Positions 58,913-64,000 of a DNA stretch of 64,000 bases are shown one piece after another. Made by a program: the position numbers and the translations under genes. The notes beneath the pieces were generated by a model. It did not search any database and was not told the origin of the DNA. It saw only the letters and a program-made list of their open reading frames with translations. Numbering within the stretch: the stretch's first letter is position 1; each line of letters starts with the position of its first letter. The stretch comes from Candidatus Eiseniibacteriota bacterium. GTDB lineage: Bacteria; Eisenbacteria; RBG-16-71-46; SZUA-252. The DNA is taken from contig VBOW01000018.1 of the NCBI GenBank assembly GCA_005893275.1, positions 12,184 to 76,183 of the forward strand. Reading direction: 5' to 3'.

Positions 58913-59388
58913 GCGATCGGCCGGATCTCGAGGACCGGATGGAGGCGGGCGCGGTTCCGCTGCGCGTTTCCCTGGAGCCGCACGCGTTCGCTCCGCCCGC
59001 CTACCAAAGCGAGCATGCCGCCGGGCTTGACGTCTTCGCGGCCGTCTTGGAGCCGCTCACGATTGGACCGGGCCAGGTGGCGGCGGTGCCGACCGGCGTG
59101 CGCCTGGAGATCCCCCGCGGGTATGAAGCCCAGGTGCGGCCGCGCAGCGGGCTCGCGCTCAGGCACCGGATCGGGATTCCGAACGGTCCGGGAACGATCG
59201 ACGCCGATTACCGCGGAGAAGTGAAGGTCTTGCTCATCAACTTCGGGGAAGAGCCGTACATCGTTCATCGCGGCGACCGAATCGCCCAGCTCGTGTTCGC
59301 CAGAGTGGCCAGAGTCTCGCTCACGGTAGCGGCCGCGCTCCATGAGACCGCGCGAGGCGACGGCGGATTCGGACACACCGGGCGATGA
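58909..59388 (+). CDS. dut: dUTP diphosphatase
   Basis: [37 protein letters not shown]. Confidence 0.95.
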   Translation: MSDRPDLEDRMEAGAVPLRVSLEPHAFAPPAYQSEHAAGLDVFAAVLEPLTIGPGQVAAVPTGVRLEIPRGYEAQVRPRSGLALRHRIGIPNGPGTIDADYRGEVKVLLINFGEEPYIVHRGDRIAQLVFARVARVSLTVAAALHETARGDGGFGHTGR

Positions 59389-60260
59389 CGCGCCATCAGG
59401 CGCGCGGATGCACGGGCCGCAGGCTCCTTCTGGGATGCGCCCTTCTCGCCTTTCTTCTCTCCTCGCTCCTGATGGTTCCACTGCGCCGGGATCGCGCCGA
59501 GGCGCTCGAGCCCACGCCCCCGTCGAACCCGGATACGGTCGACCTCACGCCGTATCTCACCCAGCGGGAAGCACGACACGCCAAGGTGCCGTGGAAAATC
59601 GGCGAGTACTTCCAGTTCTCGATCGATTGGAGCGGCTTGAACGGCGGGAACGCGCTCATGCAGGTCCAGAACATGCAAACCGTCGACGGACGCCGCACGT
59701 GGCGAATCGTCACGAAGGCGGAGTCGAACTCGTTCGTCTCGAAGTTCTACAAGGTGCGCGACCGCGCGGAATCCTTCGTCGACGCCGAATCTCTCTATAC
59801 GCGCCGTTTCGAAAAACATATCCGGGAAGGGTCCTACAAGAAGGATCTCTCGGTGAGGTTCGACCAGGAGAACCGGAAGGCGATCTATCAAGACGGGAAG
59901 TCCTACGAAGTGGCGCCCCAAGTGCAGGACGTCCTTTCCGCCTTCTACTACGTGAGGACGCTTCCGCTCCCGGACGGCGCCACGATCGTAATCCCCACGC
60001 ATGACAACGAGAAGACCTACGACATGGTGGTGAACGTGATCCGGCGCGAGCGGGTCGAAGTGCCGGCCGGTAAATTCGATTGCGTCCTGGTGGAGCCGGT
60101 GCTCAAGTCCGAGGGAATCTTCAAGTCCAGAGGTCAGATGTACGTCTGGCTTTCGGACGACGAGCGGAGGATCCCGGTGCAGGTCAAGAGCAAAGTTCCC
60201 ATCGGGTCGATCTCAGTGAGCCTGACCGATATGAGACTCGCTTTCGTGGGAAAACGGTGA
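59385..60260 (+). CDS. DUF3108-like exported protein
   Basis: N-terminal TM/signal; [42 protein letters not shown]. Confidence 0.75.
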   Translation: MTRHQARGCTGRRLLLGCALLAFLLSSLLMVPLRRDRAEALEPTPPSNPDTVDLTPYLTQREARHAKVPWKIGEYFQFSIDWSGLNGGNALMQVQNMQTVDGRRTWRIVTKAESNSFVSKFYKVRDRAESFVDAESLYTRRFEKHIREGSYKKDLSVRFDQENRKAIYQDGKSYEVAPQVQDVLSAFYYVRTLPLPDGATIVIPTHDNEKTYDMVVNVIRRERVEVPAGKFDCVLVEPVLKSEGIFKSRGQMYVWLSDDERRIPVQVKSKVPIGSISVSLTDMRLAFVGKR

Positions 60261-61213
60261 GCCCGCGGGAGGAGATTGATTTGTCGGGGGTCCGCACGAT
60301 TCCCGTCGCCGAGCGTCCCACCAAAGTGCGCGTGGAGCAGTTCGCTCCGGCGCCCGATCCGAGCGCGCCCCAAGGAGCCTTCGAGCGCTTCCTCCCCGAC
60401 CTACTCTCCGGCGCTTCTCTCCGGGCCTTGATCGCCGCCTGGGACGAAGCCAAGAAAGGCGGCCGCCCCATCCTCGGGATGTTTGGCGGGCATGTGATCA
60501 AGACGGGGGTGCAGCGTCCGCTTCTCTCCCTGATGGATGAGGGAGCGTTCTCGGCAATCGCGATGAACGGCGCGGCCGCGATCCACGATTTCGAGATCGC
60601 GATGTGGGGGAACACTTCCGAGCCCGTCGAGGAAACGCTCGGCTCGGGACGCTTCGGAATGGTGGAAGAGACGCCGGCTCTCATGAACCGGGCGGTGAAG
60701 GAGGGCTTGGACCGGGGCGAGGGGATGGGAGAAGCGCTTGGGCGCTTTCTGCTGGATTCGCGCGCCAAGAACTCCGGGCTGAGCCTCCTCGCGCGGGCCG
60801 CGGAACGGTCGCTCCCGCTTACCGTGCACGTGGCGATCGGGACCGACACCCTTCATCAGCACCCGAGCTTCGACGGGGCCAGGACCGGCCTCGCGACGCA
60901 CCGAGATTTCAAGATCCTCGCGGCCGCGATGCGCCGGCTCTCCGGCGGCGTGGTTCTGAACTTCGGCTCGGCGGTGATTCTGCCCGAGGTCTTCCTGAAG
61001 GCGCTCTCCCTCGTGCGCAACCTCGGACATGATGCCGGCGGATTCACGGCGGCGAATTTCGATCAGATTCGACATTACCGGCCCGAAAAGAACATCCTGG
61101 AGCGGCCGCTCCAGGGGGCCGGGCAGGGCCTCTCGTTCGTCGGACCGCACGAGCTCTGGATTCCGCTCTTGGCCACCCTCTACCTCGCCAGGACGAAGCG
61201 GGCGGCTCCGTGA
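60257..61213 (+). CDS. Conserved hypothetical protein with deoxyhypusine-synthase-like fold
   Basis: GGHVIKTG, AMNGAAAIHDFE, SLLARA....P.TVHVAIGTD, GSAVILPEVFLKAL. Confidence 0.65.
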   Translation: MSPREEIDLSGVRTIPVAERPTKVRVEQFAPAPDPSAPQGAFERFLPDLLSGASLRALIAAWDEAKKGGRPILGMFGGHVIKTGVQRPLLSLMDEGAFSAIAMNGAAAIHDFEIAMWGNTSEPVEETLGSGRFGMVEETPALMNRAVKEGLDRGEGMGEALGRFLLDSRAKNSGLSLLARAAERSLPLTVHVAIGTDTLHQHPSFDGARTGLATHRDFKILAAAMRRLSGGVVLNFGSAVILPEVFLKALSLVRNLGHDAGGFTAANFDQIRHYRPEKNILERPLQGAGQGLSFVGPHELWIPLLATLYLARTKRAAP

Positions 61214-61273
61214 AGGGGTGTCGCCTCCGCCGAACATGCCGGCGCTGAGCGGGGCTCCCATCCGGGCCGTTCT

Positions 61274-62287
61274 GTGAAGCGCGGGCGCCTCGCCCTCGCC
61301 ATGCTGGGCATCGGGCTCAGCGCGGCCGCGGTCTTCGTTCTCCTCCGCCAGGTCAGCCCGAAAGAGCTCGCCCGCAATATCGGCCGGGCCGACCCGGCAT
61401 GGTTTCTCGCCGCTTGCGGCCTTACGATCCTGGGCTACTGGCTGCGCGCGCAGCGTTGGGGAAGGATTCTCTCCCCCGAGGCCCGCGTCACGCAGGGGAA
61501 GCTCTTCGCGGCAACCATGGTGGGCTTTCTCGCGATCAACACGCTTCCGGCACGACTGGGCGAGCTTGTCCGCGCGTACGCCCTGGCGCGGACCGAGCGG
61601 ATCAAGGCGGGCACCGTCCTAGGCTCGGTTGTCATCGAACGGATATTCGACCTGGCCGCGCTGGGAGGGTTCTGGGCGATGTCTCTTCTGTTTGCGCCCT
61701 ATCCGGCCTGGTTTCGATGGAGCGGGTATCTGACGCTGGGCTTGAGCGTCGGCATCACGGCCGCGCTCTGGCTGCTCCACGCCGGCCACTACGCGACGAA
61801 CCCGCTTGGGTCGCGGCTCCGAGCTCTCGTTCCGGCCAGGCTCTTTGCGCCGCTGGAGCGCCCGATCGCCTCATTCACCGCCGGCCTCCGAGTCTTGGGA
61901 AGGCCTTCGACGATGGCGGGGGCCGGCCTGACCACGGCCGCGATGTGGCTCGTGAACGGGGCGGTTTTCCTCCTAGTCGGGAAAAGCATGGGGCTCGCCC
62001 TCCCGCTCTGGTCCCCGCTGCTCCTCTCCTTCGTTGTGTGCGTCGCGATCATGGTGCCCTCCTCGCCCGGATTCATAGGCGTGCTGGAAGGCTCCTGCGT
62101 CGTTGGGCTATCGCTTCTGGGGGTCGATGCCTCCCGGGCCCTGGCGTACGGGATCCTTTACCATCTGACACAAATTCTGCCGGTTGTGTTGCTTGGAGGG
62201 GCCTACGCGGTCCGTGGTCGGACCGGGTCGGGGCAAGGTCGCCCCGCCCGGGGACACCCCGAAGAGGGCTTGGAGCGAAAAAATTGA
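61274..62287 (+). CDS. Lysylphosphatidylglycerol synthase TM / flippase-like membrane protein (UPF0104)
   Basis: LRAQRW, NTLPARLGELVR, ERIFD, PSSPGFIG; multiple TM segments. Confidence 0.85.
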   Translation: MKRGRLALAMLGIGLSAAAVFVLLRQVSPKELARNIGRADPAWFLAACGLTILGYWLRAQRWGRILSPEARVTQGKLFAATMVGFLAINTLPARLGELVRAYALARTERIKAGTVLGSVVIERIFDLAALGGFWAMSLLFAPYPAWFRWSGYLTLGLSVGITAALWLLHAGHYATNPLGSRLRALVPARLFAPLERPIASFTAGLRVLGRPSTMAGAGLTTAAMWLVNGAVFLLVGKSMGLALPLWSPLLLSFVVCVAIMVPSSPGFIGVLEGSCVVGLSLLGVDASRALAYGILYHLTQILPVVLLGGAYAVRGRTGSGQGRPARGHPEEGLERKN

Positions 62288-62339
62288 CGACAGTGACAGG
62301 CTAAAATATGGCAGGTCAAAGGGTGTAAAGCTTTTTTAG

Positions 62340-62368
62340 TTGACTCTGACGACCCCTGCTGTTATACT
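62340..62368 (+). promoter_or_regulatory. Sigma70 promoter with extended -10
   Basis: TTGACT (62340-62345), 17 nt spacer, TGnTATACT (62363-62368), in an AT-rich intergenic region. Confidence 0.8.
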
Positions 62369-62433
62369 GTTTTAAGCAATAAATCCGCGCTCAGAGCACA
62401 CTTAGCGTTGGCGGGTCCGAGAGTGGAGGGGCG

Positions 62434-64000
62434 ATGCAGACTTCCGACCGAGGGCTACTTTCGCCTTTCGGAAGTTCACGTTCCAGCCTGATAGCGTTAA
62501 GTACACTGATCGCGGCGATTGGTTTCACGCCCTGGATGTGGGGTACCTGGGCCCCGTGGGGGCAGTTCGCATTTCGCACTCTCGGTCTCACGGCGCTTTT
62601 TGCCGTTTCGTTTGCACTTTCGAAGAGCTCGTTCGCACGCAGCGTGTGGGAGGCCAGGGTCACGCGTGCCATGCTTGCTTTCGTGATGGTCTCCGCGCTC
62701 TCGGCTGCGCTCTCGATTCACAGGGGCAAGAGTCTCGAAGCCATGCTCAACTTGCTTGCCGTCACAGGGCTCTTCCTTACGACCTCGACCCTTGTTCGGG
62801 GGGCCGGCCTCTTGCGCGGCGTCGCTCTCTTCGAAGTGTTCGCCGCGCTTCCGGTCGCCGCGCTCGGGCTCATACAGCACTTCCGTCCCGAGCTCCTTCC
62901 GGCCGGGAATTCATATCCCGGGCGCGCGCTCGGTCCCTTCGGGCAGCCGAATCGGATGGGCGGATATCTCATCGCGGCGATTCCGGTCGCGCTCGCTCTC
63001 GCAATCGCGGCGCAGGACCGCGTGCTCAAGGTGGGAATCATGGTCGCGGCGTTCGGGCTGATGTTCAGCCTCGTGGCGACTTACTCGCGGGGCGCCTGGC
63101 TCGGCCTCGCCGCCGGTCTTTTGGTGTTGGCGGCGGCGCTTGTGCGATGGCCCGAGCTCCTGCCGCGCCCCGCGGTCCTTGCTGCGTCGGTGGCGTGTGT
63201 GTCCCTGCCTGTCCTGTTTCTCCTTCCTTCCGTGATCTCCCGAATTGAGGCCAGGCCTTCGGCCACGCCTGCGTGGAATCTTCCGATCGATCCGGAGCGG
63301 GAGGGGAGCGGCGCGATGCGCCGCGCGATCTGGGCCGGGGCGCTCCGGGCGACCGCGCAGCGCCCGGTCCTCGGGTCGGGCATTGGCGCCTTCCGTGAGG
63401 CGTTCGATCGCTCCAAAGGCACGACGATGAAGCAGCTCGAGGCGGTAGGGGGGCGCACCGCCGATCAAGCCCACAACCACTACCTTGGACTTCTGGCTGA
63501 GCGTGGCGTTCTGGGTCTCGCCGCGTTCGCCATTCTGACCGCGCTCTCGCTGGGCGCGGCGGCCGCGGCCTTGGCTTCCGGGACGCCGACGATGGGACGC
63601 GTTCTGGTCGCCGGCCTGGCCGGTTCGGTGGTGGCTCTCTTGGCGCATGGGCTCGCGGATGACAACCTGTCGCTGGTGCCGCACGGGACCGTTTTGTTCG
63701 CGAACCTCGGCCTTCTTGCCGCGGCTCCGGCTTCGGCCAAGCGGGAAGCCCGGGGAACCATGTGGATGGGGCGGGCGGGGATGCTCGCGGCGTTTCTTGC
63801 GATGTCCCTATCGATCGTGAGCTTCGTTGCCGCCGGGCGCGCGCTCGCGGCCGCCGCGCGCGCCGAAGCCGGCCGCGCCGACCTGGCCGCGGCCGATTTT
63901 CGCGCGGCATCCAATCTGGCGCCCTGGCGCGACGACTTCGCGGTCGGCCACGCGGAGCAAGCCGAGGCCTGGGCCCGTCAGGGAGCGGGCTCCCTGAAGC
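62434..64000 (+). CDS. O-antigen ligase (Wzy_C) family membrane protein, probably with C-terminal TPR; 3' truncated
   Basis: Manual translation from ATG 62434 (GGAGG upstream): RALGPFGQPNRMGGYL, TYSRGAWLG, AHNHYLGLLAERGVLG. Absent from the ORF track because it runs off the window. Confidence 0.85.
   Translation, partial: MQTSDRGLLSPFGSSRSSLIALSTLIAAIGFTPWMWGTWAPWGQFAFRTLGLTALFAVSFALSKSSFARSVWEARVTRAMLAFVMVSALSAALSIHRGKSLEAMLNLLAVTGLFLTTSTLVRGAGLLRGVALFEVFAALPVAALGLIQHFRPELLPAGNSYPGRALGPFGQPNRMGGYLIAAIPVALALAIAAQDRVLKVGIMVAAFGLMFSLVATYSRGAWLGLAAGLLVLAAALVRWPELLPRPAVLAASVACVSLPVLFLLPSVISRIEARPSATPAWNLPIDPEREGSGAMRRAIWAGALRATAQRPVLGSGIGAFREAFDRSKGTTMKQLEAVGGRTADQAHNHYLGLLAERGVLGLAAFAILTALSLGAAAAALASGTPTMGRVLVAGLAGSVVALLAHGLADDNLSLVPHGTVLFANLGLLAAAPASAKREARGTMWMGRAGMLAAFLAMSLSIVSFVAAGRALAAAARAEAGRADLAAADFRAASNLAPWRDDFAVGHAEQAEAWARQGAGSLK

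Noticed and set aside
62404..62420. AGCGTTGGCGGGTCC as an ops/JUMPstart element
   Set aside because: Does not match GGCGGTAG and no NusG paralog is visible in the window.
1..64000. tRNA, rRNA, CRISPR arrays, IS elements, integrases, prophage or defence genes
   Set aside because: Intergenic gaps are short, and I saw no cloverleaf, spaced direct repeats, terminal inverted repeats or relevant protein motifs by eye.

Overview
A GC-rich, gene-dense bacterial chromosome segment with about 61 CDS. Almost all are on the + strand and many are translationally coupled by ATGA/GTGA/TTGA overlaps. LPS genes (hldA/hldC, lptF/lptG) indicate a diderm, and a SprA/Sov-like barrel suggests an FCB-related lineage (possibly a candidate phylum such as Eisenbacteria; inference only). 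In order: HEAT-repeat protein, PAS kinase, sigma54 regulator, CheR-pseudoreceiver; tgt-yajC-def-fmt-rsmB-PASTA-rpe-galE-hldA-hldC; a COG2403 (ArcE/cDPGS-like) ligase-sucC-sucD-ndk; yceD-rpmF-plsX-fabHDG-acpP-fabF-rnc; TPR-ECF sigma-ZAS anti-sigma-degenerate HtrA; aroB-TPR-aroQ-accB-pilT/U-accC-comB; lptGF (minus strand) divergent from sprA and a glutaminyl cyclase-like M28 gene; rimP-nusA-infB-rbfA-nrnA-truB-ribF-rpsO-pnp; M16-dut-DUF3108-DHS-like-flippase-like; and a truncated O-antigen ligase-like gene. I found no rRNA, tRNA, CRISPR array, transposase or prophage. It is mostly core genome. The best leads are the ArcE-like/sucCD/ndk unit with its structured leader and Lys/Arg tails, the sprA-glutaminyl cyclase pair, the ECF module with a pseudo-protease and closed-stem leader RNA, and the non-chemotaxis CheR module. 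All calls come from motif recognition by eye; no searches were run.
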